Below are positions 37,428 through 51,554 of a stretch of 64,000 nucleotides of DNA, in pieces. A program made the position numbers and the translations under genes. Under the pieces are notes generated by a model, which was given only the letters and a program-made list of their open reading frames with translations, made no database searches and was not told where the DNA came from. The stretch is taken from assembly GCA_951406725.2 (NCBI GenBank), contig OX597821.1, forward strand, positions 65,286,001 to 65,350,000, given 5' to 3'. Every line of letters starts with the position of its first letter. Position 1 is the stretch's first letter. The DNA is from Octopus vulgaris. Its lineage: Eukaryota.

Positions 37428-38124
37428 ATTGTTAAGTTTTATCTCAAAATTTCTTGCCAATAGAGAAACAGTCGGTTTCTAACCTAGATCCATGGCCCCT
37501 TCATTCGAATTTCACCATCAAATAAAGGGTATTGTTTTGTATGTATGTATGTATGTATGTATGTATGTATGTATGTATGTATGTATGTATGTATGTATGT
37601 ATGTGTGCATATTTGTATGTTTTGTTTTATGAATGTATTCTCGTGCATATAGTTGCATATCCAGGCATGCTCATATATATTTAAATGATAAACTTCTGGA
37701 AAGTTTTACAGATTTTACAGTTCCAGTGATGGATTGGATCTGTAGTTATTGAATTTGGTTTCCCCTTTCTGATTTTGAGAATTTCTCCAGATTAGTATTT
37801 AAGGAGTATGTTACATATCCCAGTGTCCAAATAATTACCTGAACTTCTAATCTGGATAGAGTAACTGCATATTTCTCAATAGTTCAGCATAGGTGTTCTC
37901 TTTTTAACTGATCTTCAGCTTTACGTTAACATCCGCTGGGTGACTAATTTCAACAGCTGTGCACCGTTTCTCATCTCAATCCCTAATCCTTATTTCAGGT
38001 TTGTTGTGCCTACATTTTATTGGGGCCTTCACTGGGACTTTCCACTAGTACCCCATTTTATCATGAGTGGCTATGGCTTCTATGATACTGTGGGTTCTTG
38101 TTTCTTTGTCCTCGGGGTTATCCT
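37428..38124 (-). mobile_element. Second R4/Dong-like 3' fragment, decayed
   Basis: Collinear with 4262-4440 + 5108-5645 (AACATCCGCTGGG, TCTGGATA, GATAAACTTCTGGAAAG). TATG-type repeats at both ends. Confidence 0.85.
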
Positions 38125-38145
38125 ATGTATGTTTGTATGTATGTA

Positions 38146-38179
<34 letters not shown>

Positions 38180-39862
38180 TGTGTATGTGTATGCATGTAT
38201 GTGTGTATGTATGTGTGTGTGTGTGTATGTATGTATTATGTATGTATGTATGTATGTATGTGTGGGTATGTATGTGTGTGTGTATGTATGTGTGTGTCTG
38301 TAGGTGTGTGTGTATATATTTGTCAGTTTCTATGTAAATGTATATACTAAAATAAGTGTATTAATCTGTTAATCTGGTAATACATGAATGTGTGTGTGTA
38401 TATATATTTATATACACACGCACATATTTGCATGTAACAACATTTACGAACAAGAGTCACACACGGAGTTTTATATACATAGACATATCACTTTACATTT
38501 AAACCTTTGTTAACAAGCAATACATATACGTGCCTGCATTTCATTAATCAGCTCACGCATGTTCAGAAACAACGGAACACTCCCCTCACACACACAGATA
38601 CAACAAAACTACAATAACCACGTAAACACATATATGCTTATTTATATCTTACATGTGCATGCGTGTTTCTATATGTACGTGTGGGTATGTATGTCTGAAT
38701 GTTTATTTAGTAGAACTTAATTTTAAGTTCAGATAAGCCGTAGCCTCAATTCAAAATGATAAATAGCAAATAGAAATGGGAATATAATTCTCAAAGAACG
38801 GTTAAAATATTCACTGGAGCGAACGATCAATTGTTTTAAATGTCTTTAGATAAATAAACAAGTAAAACAGCGATTCTAAACATATATATTATTTCCTTTT
38901 TCTTTTGTAATTCTAACTTAGATATCCGACTTCTCAAACTTCTAAAACATTGCACATACTATTTAAAAAATACACTACTCTGACAGTTATAGCTGAGCTC
39001 TTTATCTCTTATTTGTTTTTTACTTTACTTTTCTTTTTTTAACGATCATTTTATTACTTTGATGCTGTTGTTTTTACCATTGGTGTTATTTTATTTTGTA
39101 TGTTGTTAGATTTATTTTCCAGGATTCCTTCTATACATATGTATATGTAATCGTATACATCTACATAACTACGTGTGTGTATGTCTGGGATGGGGCAGTA
39201 TGAGTGTATACTTGTATGTATATACACATGTGTGCATATTTGTATGTGTGTGTATCTATGTATATATGTGTGTATGTATATATGTGGCTTAGTTTTACAC
39301 ATGCAACATAGTGAGTTGAACACGGAATTACGTTAGATTATCCTTGCAATTAGAAGATAAAATCTCTACCAGGGGTGTATAACATCTAAAATCTGCTAGC
39401 AAGGGAGTAACTACAACAATATCAGATAATCAAAATTTCTTGAAAACATGAATTTAGGAGTTTATCTTGCCTATTAAGCCAACTGGTAATAAAGAGCAAC
39501 AGATATATTTCTTTCCTGTTAAATTTCATGAAGGAAGTAACTGCTGTGAGTCTTCTCTGAGATGCTGAACAGTGTCGACTTTTCAGGACAATCATGAAGC
39601 ATATAATTATCATACGACTCTGACGATTTGACAGAAAGTGTGGATAATGTAATTTGCATTATGCAACTAATAATCACTTTATGTTAATGAAATGTACGTA
39701 ACATTATGTAACTAAATATGTTATAGACAACAGCTCACCGTTATATGTGTGTTTGCGTATGTGTGTATGTATGAATATATGCATGTATGCATCTATGTGC
39801 CTGTCTGTATGTCTGTCCCTCAGTCTGTCTATTCACCTATCTATCTATCCTACTATCTATCT

Positions 39863-39907
<45 letters not shown>

Positions 39908-39931
39908 CATACACACACGCACGCACACACA

Positions 39932-40013
<82 letters not shown>

Positions 40014-40087
40014 CATGCATTTAGCAGAAGCAACAGAGTAACCCGAGGTGTAAGAGTTGGCGATATATATATATATATATATATACC

Positions 40088-40530
40088 TGGTATATGTGTC
40101 AACCTAATTGAAGTATCGGATTCTTCAAACAGGGTCAACGTTTTACATTGAAAAACAACTTCACACGTGCTTCGGAAAAAGCTAATATATGTATTAACTT
40201 GCCCAGGGTGTCGAGAACAATATACAGGTCAAGCAAAAACAGTCTACGCCGGAGGTTGATGGTACATAGATCCCAAATTAAAATACGATAATACATCGAT
40301 ATTTGAGCCACTAACAAACCATCCACCTTTAGAATTTTTCCCCTTTATAAATTCAGGGACAATGCAACCTATAATCAGGGCATTAGCAAAGAAGCATATT
40401 TCATCGCAAAATATAAACCTATTTTGAATGCCGCGGCCGCCACGAGAGATGAAACTACTACAACAATTTAGAACAACTCCAACCACAAATACTACGATAC
40501 AATAGGTCACTTTTAGGTCATTTAAACCAT
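40088..40530 (+). mobile_element. Penelope-like GIY-YIG fragment, frameshifted
   Basis: Manual translation: ICVNLIE..QGQRFTLKNNFT..LIYVLTCPGCREQYTGQ..SLRRRL.VH..FRIFPLYKF..KEAYFIAKYKPILN, homologous to 31742-32227. Confidence 0.8.
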
Positions 40531-41224
40531 TAAAGAAGATTCTACAACCGATTTACTCTGTCGCAACACTCTGGTATTTTATTTTATTTTCTCTCTTCTC
40601 CTTCTTTCCCTACTCCTACTTCTCTTCCTCCTTCTTCTCCTCCTCCCCTCCATGAAATACGAAAACAAATGAGTTCAATACGCAAACAATGAGAGAAGCA
40701 AATGGAAAACAGGACAGGTAACGTAAAGAACGACCCTTCATCAGTTGTCGGCTGTCTATCCTAATTTCGAGCATTGAAGGACAATATGAATCTTCGAAGA
40801 CAGTTGCCCAATAACTTCCAAAATAAAATTTGGCCTTTATGGAGGGTCAAATTTGTGAATAAAAACAGAACAGTGGAGATATACAAAGAAACTCTACGAA
40901 AACAAACATGGAGGGTCGTTAGACCAGAACGAGGGTAAAATAGCGAATGTTGGAGAAATATTTTCTATCACAAGAGAAAAGATAGAAGAGATAGGAGACG
41001 TCCACTCCTTAGGACAGTCCTGAAAGAAAAGAAAGGTGGACGATAATCACGTGTGAGCAAGGAGAGAGAAAACAGGAGAAAGAAGGGGAAAGAGAGACAG
41101 ATAGAAAATGGTGAAGGGGAGAAAAATGGGAATTAGAGAAAGGATGAGAGAGAAAACGATGGGAGAGAAAAACAGTATAGCGTAGACTCGCATCAAAACG
41201 ATTACGATAAACGCTTTTTAATTG

Positions 41225-41739
41225 TGATAATGAAACATGAGGTTTAGTCCTTACCGCCAAAATTCATTTCTCTTGGGAAATATAAGGGTGAAGATGTCTT
41301 CATTCCACAGATCAGATTAATCCCACCTGACCTCCCCTATGAATTGAGACGGCTCCAGTTCCCAGTGAAACTAAGTTCTTCTAATGCTAATAAATAAATC
41401 TCAAGCACAATATCTCAACGTTGTTGGACTTAACGTTGCTTCTCCTTGCTTCTCTCAAGATGAATTATATGTGGGTTGTTCGGAAGTTCGAAGCCCCAAA
41501 ACTCTCTTCCTTTGTACACCAAATAAAGGACACACTGAAAATAGTATGTATTTAGAATTTCTACAAAATTAAATTGTGATTGATTTCAGGGTTCGTTTTA
41601 ATAACTTTGTTTACACTCACATAGCATTTCACTTTAAATGATAGCATTTTTCTGAAAACTTTTTTTTATCAGAATAAATATATATATATTTCCTTTAACA
41701 TTCTTAACATTTTCGAGCAACACCGGGTACTTAGGCTAG
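41225..41739 (+). mobile_element. 3' end of an autonomous Helitron (Pif1 helicase C-terminus, decayed)
   Basis: GEDVFIPQIRLIPPDLPYELRRLQFPVKL..INKSQ..VVGLN..PCFSQDELYVGCS; terminal CGAGCAACACCGGG hairpin and CTAG|T at 41736-41740. Confidence 0.88.
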
Positions 41740-41829
41740 TATAATATAGTATAATATAATATAATATGATATGACATGATATGATATGATATGATATATA
41801 TATATACTTCCACTTTGTACGTATGTATG

Positions 41830-41894
<65 letters not shown>

Positions 41895-42499
41895 GGAGCA
41901 ACCCTCAAGTTTACCGCTCTTCTCCCTGCTTCTAAGTATATACAGGCTTATACAATAGACCCCAAAGCTCACCCCAGTAGCTTCACGACTGGTGTATCTA
42001 TACAATAAAGAAATTGAATCACAAAACACTTCTCAACAAACATGCACCATCATTTTCACTGAGAGTCGCTGATAACCGGACAGATGTCTGTTGCATTAAA
42101 GCTACCAAGGAAAATAAACATTTTTCACCTTTCAAATATAATTCAGGTCAACACCATCAGAAAAAATATATAAGTCAAGAAATTCGTTATTTAATTAACC
42201 ACCATACATGGTATTTCTCCGAAGAGGAAGAACTTGTGCCTGCACCAAGCCAAACTACAAAAATGCTCAAATGTTAAAACGAAGTTGATAAAGCTCTCAC
42301 TTGATGACAGAAAAGAAACGGACTATATCTTCTATTTTGAAAAATTTCATAAACACGATGTTAGAATTGATTCTCCACGCATCATAACACAGTCCTTGTA
42401 TGAAAAATTCAGAATTGGTAATAGGATTTCTGATAACTTATAGGCACCTAAATTAGAAAGAAAACGGGAAAATATCATTAAATACATCAATTTATTCTA

Positions 42500-42715
42500 A
42501 TGTTTGTTGTTGTTGTTGCTTAACTCCTGGTCAGCTCTACTCGAACATATATAAGATCAAAAGCATTCTAGTTTTGACTACCCTATTTTTGAAGACTTTA
42601 TTAGACAACACTGTCCAGTGTAACCTGCCTTACATTTTAAAGATGGTTTGCTTTAAGGTAGATTTTATTGCTATTTCTAGCAAGTAGTTCGATCAAATAG
42701 TGGGTCTCCCCTCCA
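42500..42715 (-). mobile_element. Old dispersed repeat ending in (AAC)n (family E; relatives near 60-115, 445-560, 1670-1720, 24345-24530, 48660-48845, 49350-49560)
   Basis: Shared diverged motifs CTAGAAATAGCA, TTTTGATC, CGATCAG.G..GACC and TAAACAACAAC. Confidence 0.5.
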
Positions 42716-43694
42716 TGGTCGAAAGCAAAGGACCTAAATTTACTCTCAAATGTTATCTTTTCGTGCGAATCTAGATCTTTGATCTTATTCGATTCCCCGA
42801 CAGTTCTCTTAGATGTCTGTCCGAAACCATAAACTAAAAACTACTGTGAAGATTGACTTCAACTGACAAAATGTAAGTCAAGCTGTTTGAAGTTGGCAGC
42901 AGAATTGTGTGCGGTGGATGTTTCACTTGTCAATGTGTTTGATCTCTCATTTTGCTGCAATGAATGTTAGTATCAATACAAGATTTGAAATTATAAAAGC
43001 AAAAAGTAAAAAAAAAAATAACAAGAAAAGAAAAAAATTACGCAATCGTTTTCTTTCCTTTTTAATATAAGCTTACACCATTCAGTCTGGCAATGTACCA
43101 ACATGATAATGTTTCTCCTTATTCTGTGAAATGAGTCGAAATCTCTGCCTAATATAATATTGTAATCGATAGTTAAGGCGATCGATGACAAGAAGATTCG
43201 TTGGTGCGTTCAATAAACTCTTTGCAGTAATTTCACCGGCTAGCTTTGTTCGGAGGTTCGAATCCATCAGAAACTGTTATCTCATGTATATCCTTCCGAT
43301 GTCGGTACGTAAAATACAATTTTTTTTACTTTTCCTTTTCCTGTCGGAAGCTTATTGAGTACCACAAACAGAGTCCCTTCCCACCAAGAAGTACAAAAGG
43401 TTTGTGCCAGTGGCTAGCAACTTGTTTTAATGCATGCTACAAAAGACGTTCAAGCATTCACGAGATCTTGGCCAAAGTAGACAGACTGATGTCTAGTACA
43501 GCACGGAACGATTAAAAAGAAAGAAACAGTTTTGAAACCAATGGAGAATTTTATGCGGCCGCTTGACGGAGTGGACACATTACCCCTGAAGAATGTGGGG
43601 AACGGTTTCATCTGGGAGTAAACAAGAACATTAACCACAACGGCTAGAGCGGAGCAGCAACAAACTAGGAACAAAATTATTTCAACAACTAGAA

Positions 43695-44120
43695 CGACGA
43701 ACTGGCAGAATCGTTAGAACACCGAGCGAAAAATGCTGTTCACCATCACGTCCGTCTTTGCCTTCTGAGTTCAAATTCCGCCGGGGTCGGCTTTGACTTT
43801 CATCCTTTCGAGGTCGATAAAATAAATACCAGTAGGGTACTAGGGTCGATGTAATCGACTTACCACCTTCCCCAAAACTGCTGGCCTTGTATCAAAATTT
43901 GAAACCATTTCTATTTCAAAAACTTGATATCAATGTGAGAGCTGACGTAATCCTTAGAGCAAAGCACATAAAACTTCGTGGTATTTCTTCCGGTTCGTTA
44001 CGTTCTAAGTTCAAATACAGCTGGGGTCGACTTTGCCTTTCATTCTTTCGGGGTCGATAAAATAAGTACCAGTAGATCACTAGGGTCGATGTAATCGACA
44101 TGCCCCCTCGCCCAAAATTT
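43695..44120 (+). mobile_element. Two diverged SINE B copies in tandem
   Basis: GAGTTCAAATTCCGCCG..TTTCATCCTTTCGAGGTCGATAAAATAA..ACCAG..GGGTCGATGTAATCGAC, present twice. Confidence 0.8.
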
Positions 44121-44132
44121 CATTTTTGCGCT

Positions 44133-44324
44133 TACTCTTTTACTCTTTTATTTGTTTCAGTTATTCGACTGCAGCACCGCCTTTAGTCGAACAAATCGAC
44201 CCCAGGACTTATTCTTTGTAGGCCTAGTACTTATTTTATCGGGCTCTTTTGCCGAATCGCTAAGTTACGGGGACGCAAAAACACTAACACACACACACAC
44301 ATATACACACACACCACACACACA

Positions 44325-44407
<83 letters not shown>

Positions 44408-44560
44408 GACGGGCTTCTTTCAGTTTCCGTCTACCAAATCCACTCACAAGGTTTTGGTGGGCCCGAGGCTATAGTACCAAATACTAGTACAAGGTGCTAC
44501 GCAGTGGGACTGAACCCGGAACCATGTGGCTGGTAAGCAAGCTACTTACCACACGGCCAA
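44133..44560 (-). mobile_element. SINE family A
   Basis: Family A motifs; followed by a diverged SINE B at 44575-44790. Confidence 0.88.
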
Positions 44561-45183
44561 GTAGAAAATATATTAAAGGGAAAGCTGCCAGAATTAGTAG
44601 CACGCCGGACAAAAATATTTAGCGGCAATTTTTCTGGATTCACGTTCTGTGTTCAAATTCTGACGCGGTCGACTGTTTTCTTTCATCCTTCCGAGGTCCG
44701 TAAAATAAGTACCAATTGAGCACGGAGATCGATGTAATCGATTATCTATCTCTCTCTCAAAATTTCGGTCTTGTGCTTAAAGTAGGAAAGATGTTCTTTT
44801 CTACTCTACGTATAAAATTCAAAAGATGTCGATTGAGAGAAAGCTTTAAAAGATGGAATATCATAGACCAGAAGAAAACAAGATGATGGTAATGAGTCTC
44901 AGAGAGAAGCAGTTCAAAGAAAGAAGCTATTAGAATAAATGTATTTATGACTAACTGGGAGCACAACAGAGAAACTATGCGCCTTGGAAGAGAATCGGAT
45001 GAGGCGTTTAAATGAACTGAAGAGGGCATTAGACCATAAAGAGCATCGAAGCAATGGACATGGAAATACTTGATGAAAAGAGCACAGTGAATATACGTTT
45101 CGATGATGAAGTAAAGCCAGCAAATCTAGTAGAAACCTAAGAGACCCACGGAAAGAAGAATCGATTCTAATACTAAAGAGGTA

Positions 45184-45668
45184 CCGTAAATCCTCGAGTA
45201 TAGTCCGCCCTTGAGTATAATACGCAGGGGATTTTCATGGGGCTGTAACTCTAAAACACCTAAACCTTGTGTATAATACGCACCCCTTCTCTAACTTGAG
45301 TCAATGAGGTCTATATAACGTCCTTAGTTTGTAAAACTGTATACGGTAACGTACTTTATTATTTTTGTATATATAACATAATGTAAAACGTGTAGCATTT
45401 TTGTGCATTTTGTTTGCAGAAAATAAAGAAATAACAGTTATAACGTTTAATAAATGTTGCTTACTGCAAGTTATGAATGATTCTTTTATGACTTCATTGT
45501 TAGCTTAAGGTATTTTCGCGCCCGACATTACGAAATGCGTTTGAATAAACATTTCCGGACATGCTTAGAAAATAATTTTCATTTTTAACCTCGTGTATAA
45601 TACGTACTAGGGATTTTGACCTTTAAATTTTGGGAAAAAAAGTTCGGATTATACTCGAGGATTTACGG
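45184..45668. mobile_element. pogo/Tc1-superfamily MITE
   Basis: TA TSD; perfect 19-bp TIR CCGTAAATCCTCGAGTATA; subterminal GTATAATACG repeats. Confidence 0.92.
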
Positions 45669-46194
45669 TAATTACTTTATTTATCGATCCCTAAATGATG
45701 ACTGGTGAAGTTAACGTTGGCTGGGTTTGAACTCGGCAAGCAGGAAACCGAAATTAAGCAAAAACCAGAAAGTATGCTTATTGGATAATTCTGCAAAGTT
45801 TGTTGTCATAGGTGATAGCGTGGTACAAGGATTAACACAGAAATAACCTTGTAAAACATCGTTTATCGGAAACCTTACGTATCAATGCATTTCAAAACCA
45901 TCTGTACTAATATGTTTCAAGTAATAATAATATATTAATTAGAAAAGGAGGTGGGTGAACTGAAATAAATGTCAGTGAAATTGTGTGTTTATGAGAAAAG
46001 AAAGAATCGTGCCTTTGACAGGTTTTATTTGTGACGATGTTTTATTTTCTGAGAGGGCGTAAACGAAGAAAAGTCACATCTTTTGATAATAGTAACCGCA
46101 AGTACATTCTATCGTTCTGTCTACATTTACTGAATGACCGGCGACATAATAACGCAAGTGATTAAGGAAGAATTAACTAGAAAGAAACAATGTC

Positions 46195-46275
<81 letters not shown>

Positions 46276-46685
46276 ATGTGTGTGTATGTCTATACATCTA
46301 TACCTGAATATGAGTGCATATGTGTGTATGTATATATATGTTTATATATGCATCTATGTGTGTGTACATATATATGAATATATATATATATATATATATA
46401 TATAGATAGATAGATACGTATACATATATCTATATCTATATCTATATCTATATATATATGTATATGTATACATATATATGTATATGTATATGTGTGTGTA
46501 TATATATATATATATAACTGTATTTGATATATGACATAAATATAAGCTATATATATGATATATATACGTATATGTATATGTACACACATATATACATATA
46601 TATATACATATGCATATACATATATATAGTTATATGTATATACATATATATATATATACAATAATACATACATGTACATACCTAT

Positions 46686-46722
<37 letters not shown>

Positions 46723-46797
46723 TATATATTATTATGCATATATATACATACATATAAACATACATATATATATATATATTTATACATATATATATTT

Positions 46798-46853
<56 letters not shown>

Positions 46854-46855
46854 GA
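46195..46855. repeat. Degenerate (TA)/(TG)/(CA) microsatellite field
   Basis: Direct reading; it explains the 246-aa YI-rich ORF. Confidence 0.92.
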
Positions 46856-48989
46856 TACACATGTTTTCATAAATTCGACATATTGTTTTAATGTATGAGA
46901 CACAAGACATACAAAGACAAATAAACGAAGAACAGTGAAAGAGATGAATAAGGAAACGTGAAGAGATATGATTATAGTTGATTATTGTTTTTACTGTGTT
47001 AGGCTCTTGTATTGTTGATCCAACCATCATAGGAGACGATGCCGACGAAAGAATGACATGTGATTATATTTAAACCCAGTGTCATTCAGTAATGTTTCGT
47101 TCGCGACACACCCTCTACGTATACACATCATTTGAAGTCCAAGTATTTTTCATTAATTATTCTTAGTGTATTTACCAAAACATTACGTTTATGTTATTGT
47201 TTCTATGATTGTCATTCACATCGTACTTGTTACTAAGTGGTATATTTCTTCTGAAAAATTGTTGCTATTTTTGAGTGTTTTCATATACGTAAGTATTTAA
47301 GGGAAATATTCTTGTTAAAACATACCGTATATCTGAGAGGATTTCTGCAGATATGCAAGTTTAGAAACTCTGAAGTTTTGTGCACAAGTTGGTACGCTAC
47401 TTCGTTCTTTTCATGTTTACACTATTTATTCTTCTGGGATTATTTTTTCTCTGAATTCACACAAATCGTGTCAATCTGGTGCTATATTTTATTATCATAA
47501 ACATTTCTCTCTTGATCTTTGTTTCATTGCTCCAGTTATATAGATATTTCCAACATCCACCATCCGGTAAATTAACCGTTAAGCAATTTGATTAAGGAGT
47601 CAATCGAAAAGTAGACATCTGATTGAATCCTTTTTGAGGAGAACATAATGCTTAGTAGTTTTTGTTCTCGCTCTTCACATTCTGAGTTCAGATTACCCTG
47701 AGGTCGACTTTATCTTTCAGTGGCGATAAAATAAAGTACCAATTAGGGGTCTCTTAAAATTGCTAGCCTTGAACTAAAATTTGAAACCGTTATAGAGTTA
47801 AAGTTAGGTTTAATCCGTTTCTCCTTGTTTAAAATGATTATCTAAATTTCTTGCAAGATTTTTCGTGAAGTTATAGCTCATGTGATAAACCGACAGTTCG
47901 CTGAGTATAAAAAAAACAACGAAAAATTCATTAAGCATTTTTAGGTATTGTCATCAGTTAGGGACGCGCACACCAAATTTGTTCTTTGTCTTAAATGGTG
48001 ATCTCTAGAGAATTTTGTATTTACAAATTATAACTGACATTTCTGTAGTTGCTTCCTCGGTACATTTCTCATTTGAAAGTTTGTTCCAATTTCCTATCAA
48101 TACGTGATTGTTGTCACCCAATTACGAGGTTTGATGCTTGATTTAGCTCGAGTTAATGCTGAGTGAAACAGGAAATTAGATGAGCGTGAAAGCATTAGAT
48201 TCCAGTATATTTAATTAACACGCTTTTGCTACGTTAAGCTACGTATCGTTTGTTATTTGTTTATACCGTAGAACTGAGAAAATTTAGTTTTATGGTAGTT
48301 TATCTTTAGTTGAACGAAAAATATTTCTTTGTTGACTCTGTACCGAACATTGGAAATTCAATGTGATTGTCTCTTTATTCGCTGTTTCGTTGCATGAGAT
48401 GATAGAGGGAACTTGTTAAGTAACATATAAAATCAATATATTCTGCATATCGTTGTATTGGATGCCATATAGCATCATGTAAGATCAACGGGGAACATTA
48501 TCTACTTTATTATCCCGGTTGGCAATTTCTTTCCTTTGCACATCTAATGGTAGCGGAAGGATAAATGTAAGCAAGAAAACATGCATTTTTTTTCTCTCAA
48601 CCGCTTTAGAAACGAAAGAGGCAAGTTAGAGAAGGAGCTGGGCCAACAAATGTGCTTCTAAGTGATGGCTTACTCTGTTACAAACAACAGTCAAATTATA
48701 TTAAATAGCAGCCTTACGTCTTAAAACGAAAGGAGATATTGAAATATCTCGCCCTAGATATACAACACAAGTAATTGTGCACTGCTTTTGTTCCAAGGAT
48801 TGCTCGATCAGAGCTATATCGCGACTCACCAACACTAACAATAGGGTTTTAAGCTAAATGACAGAAGTAAAGATCAAAATCTATTCTGTCCTACATGGAG
48901 CGTTGATGGGTATAGAGAAACTAAAGAAATTTATTATTTGTAAATCGCTCAACGAGAGATATTCAGCAACAGTACTCGAGAGTACTTGT

Positions 48990-49285
48990 GAAGGCGCATG
49001 GCTCAGTGGTTAGAACGTCGAGCTTACGATCGTGAGCTTGTGAGTTCGAATCCCGGACCCGGCTGCGTGTTGTGTTCTTGAGCAAGACACTTTACTTCAC
49101 TTTGCTCCAGCTCACTCAGCTGTAGAAATGAGTTGCGACGTGACTGGTGCCAAGCTGTATCGGCCTTTGCCTTCCCCTTGGATAACACTAGGTGTGCATG
49201 GGCGACTGCTGGTCATCCATAAATAACCTTGCCCGGACTTGTGCCTGGGAGGGTAACTTTCTAGGTGCAATCCCATGGTCAGTCA
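48990..49285 (+). mobile_element. tRNA-derived SINE, family D
   Basis: TGGCTCAGTGGTTAGA (A box) and GAGTTCGAATCCC (B box); body as at 6884. Confidence 0.9.
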
Positions 49286-49824
49286 TTTCACAGTGTCACA
49301 TGTGCGGGTCTCTATCATATCCATTGTTTGATGATGTTTACCAGCTAACAGGGGAGCATTGAAGTGATCGTCCAAACTTTTCTAGAAATAGCCACTAAAT
49401 TCATCTCGAAACACTCGTTAGCGCTTCAAGAAAAGAAAGTCATATGACACAATGTAGTCTTGGACACATAGTCTGAAAATAAAATGTGAATGACTCGGCG
49501 GAAATATTTTGATCATTGCTCTGCTAGATCAGAGCAAACCTGAGGCTACGAAACAAAAACAAATATATTTAGATTTACGTTAGTTTACTTGGATTGCAAG
49601 ACATTCAAATGCTGTGATGAATACATTGAACAATAATGGTTTATTGTTGTGCTTTGGCTTCTAGAGTTTTTCAGGAAATCATTTTACTTTAGCTACTTAC
49701 AATAGTTAATTCTTCAGAGAAAGTCGGTTGCTGTGGTTACTGTCAAAATGGTTGTTTCATGATAAGAATAAGAATGACACAAATTCTTTTGATGTTGGCG
49801 ATTCTGCGGGCAATTGCTATTGTT

Positions 49825-49986
49825 TTCTTCTTCTTCTTCTTCTTCTTCTTCTTCTTCTTCTTCTTCTTCTTCTTCTTCTTCTTCTTCTTCTTCTTCGTCT
49901 TCTTCTTCTTTTTCTTCTTCTTCTTCTTCTTCTTCTTCTTCTTCTTCTTCTTCTTCTTTTTCTTCTTCTTCTTCTTCTTCTTCTTC
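49825..49986. repeat. (TTC)n microsatellite
   Basis: Direct reading. Confidence 0.97.
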
Positions 49987-50365
49987 TGCTTCTTTCAAAG
50001 TTCACCTCGTCTGTCATAGTCGTTCCTTAGTATACTTTCTTATTTTCTTTTCATTTGTTTATCTTCAATTTTAATTTTTCTTCTTCTTAGTTGTCTTTTC
50101 TTCACCCTCTTCCTACTACTCACCCACCACCACTTCCGTTTTTTACTCTTCATATAAATGTTGCTAACAAATTCGAAGACATCAGCACACTGGTCGTACC
50201 AGTTGTAGTTTTATTTACTGGACAATAAACAATCTGATCAAACACGACGCCAAAACACGGAAAATACTAACAATGGAGAAAACGTACCATCTAAAAGCAG
50301 ATATAGGTAGACTGTAACTTCCGGCAAAATATGGTGGCCGGGGCACGAATTTATTTTTCTTTCTC

Positions 50366-50874
50366 ACGAGAGTTCCAGACCCCAGTAATGAATTCATTTG
50401 TATACAGCCAATCAGAGCTCACCTTGACCTTGTCATTTTAACAAACATACTCTAGCAATTAAACTCAAGACGAAGAACGGTTTTGTAAGTCGACCGATCA
50501 CCAAGTTATGCCTGATTTTAGATAGTAATTAGATAGATTTGCATCTATACCTATTATCGGATTTTGTTAGGGCCCCATATGGTATAAATATGGATGGGGA
50601 AAATGTGGGTAGAGGTTTATGTGCTAGCAACCCTCTCCCCTTACTGTTCTACAAAGTAAGCAACAACACTAATGAATACGCAGAGGCAGCCATGGTTGAA
50701 ACAAGAACAAGATCAAGAAGCATTATTAAAAGAATAAATAATCATGGTCGTTCCTTACCCAAGTGACCTTGTCTTATTACCCATCACTTGTTATGCGCTC
50801 ATAAATTAGATTGATAGTTGAGCACTGATTGGCTATATGCAAATGAGTTCTTAACGGGGGTCCGGAACTCTCGT
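50366..50874. mobile_element. MITE-like element with octamer/CCAAT TIRs
   Basis: ACGAGAGTTCCAGACCCC..CATTTGTATACAGCCAATCAG / CTGATTGGCTATATGCAAATGAG..GGGGTCCGGAACTCTCGT. Confidence 0.8.
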
Positions 50875-50929
50875 TGGAGAAAATTTCGCGGCTGAGGCAT
50901 TGTTCAGCTAGAACTAAGATGAAATAAAC

Positions 50930-51310
50930 AAACCCACCACTATAGGCTGGACAAATATTTTGAGAAAACAGAATGCTCTCTCCTGCAAATAGTGAAAGAT
51001 CATGAAAGAGGGAAAAAACGTCTACTCCATAACAAAGGAAGCTGAAATGTTCAACGAATAACTGGAGATTCTTGAATTACCAGCTTCTGAATTGGGGCAC
51101 TCACCAAATATATCCAAAGAATAAAAAGTCAGTTAAAAATCAGGGGCAAAATGGGAGGAAAAGGCAATGTACGGAAAATGCGTGAAAGGAATAAAGGACG
51201 TCTACGCTGACCATCACAAGACACACAAATCCCTGGCCTTAAACTAGAAACAGAAAGTTTCATCATTGCCGCATAAGACCAGAGCTTTCTAACAGTCATA
51301 CCAACATAGA
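50930..51310 (+). mobile_element. Decayed R4/Dong-like ORF fragment
   Basis: Manual translation: LLQIVKDHE..YSITKEA...GLKLETESFIIAA*DQ, matching the post-RT motif (E.F..A.QDQ) of this clade. Confidence 0.6.
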
Positions 51311-51554
51311 GAAATTTAAAAATAACCAGAGCTTTTGGGCCATTGTTAACTTTTACTTAGGCGCTTTTCTTCCCTATCAAGCCTTACAAGTTATTGATCA
51401 TGGAGTGATTTCCCCCTCCATTTCTTCTTTAGTGTGTTTTATAGTTCTGTTTTCATGTTCTGATAAAAAAAAGGAAAGGTTTGCTTTATCAATAACTGCA
51501 ATGGTTGAAACAGTGATAATAAAGAAAACACCAGCGCGCCTATCAACTAATATG

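Noticed and set aside
40735-40805. GAAA..CTGATGA motifs on the minus strand (similar at 18760-18840, 19420-19455, 20480-20525)
   Set aside because: Probably Penelope-related, but I could not fold a complete three-stem core.
42990-43420. Possible decayed LINE AP-endonuclease (IILGRDFDSFH on the minus strand)
   Set aside because: A single weak motif amid many stops; not enough to call.
48990-49065. tRNA gene (also at 33538 and 57540)
   Set aside because: A and B boxes are present, but the sequence continues into a SINE body, with TSDs in the family C copies; these are tRNA-derived heads.
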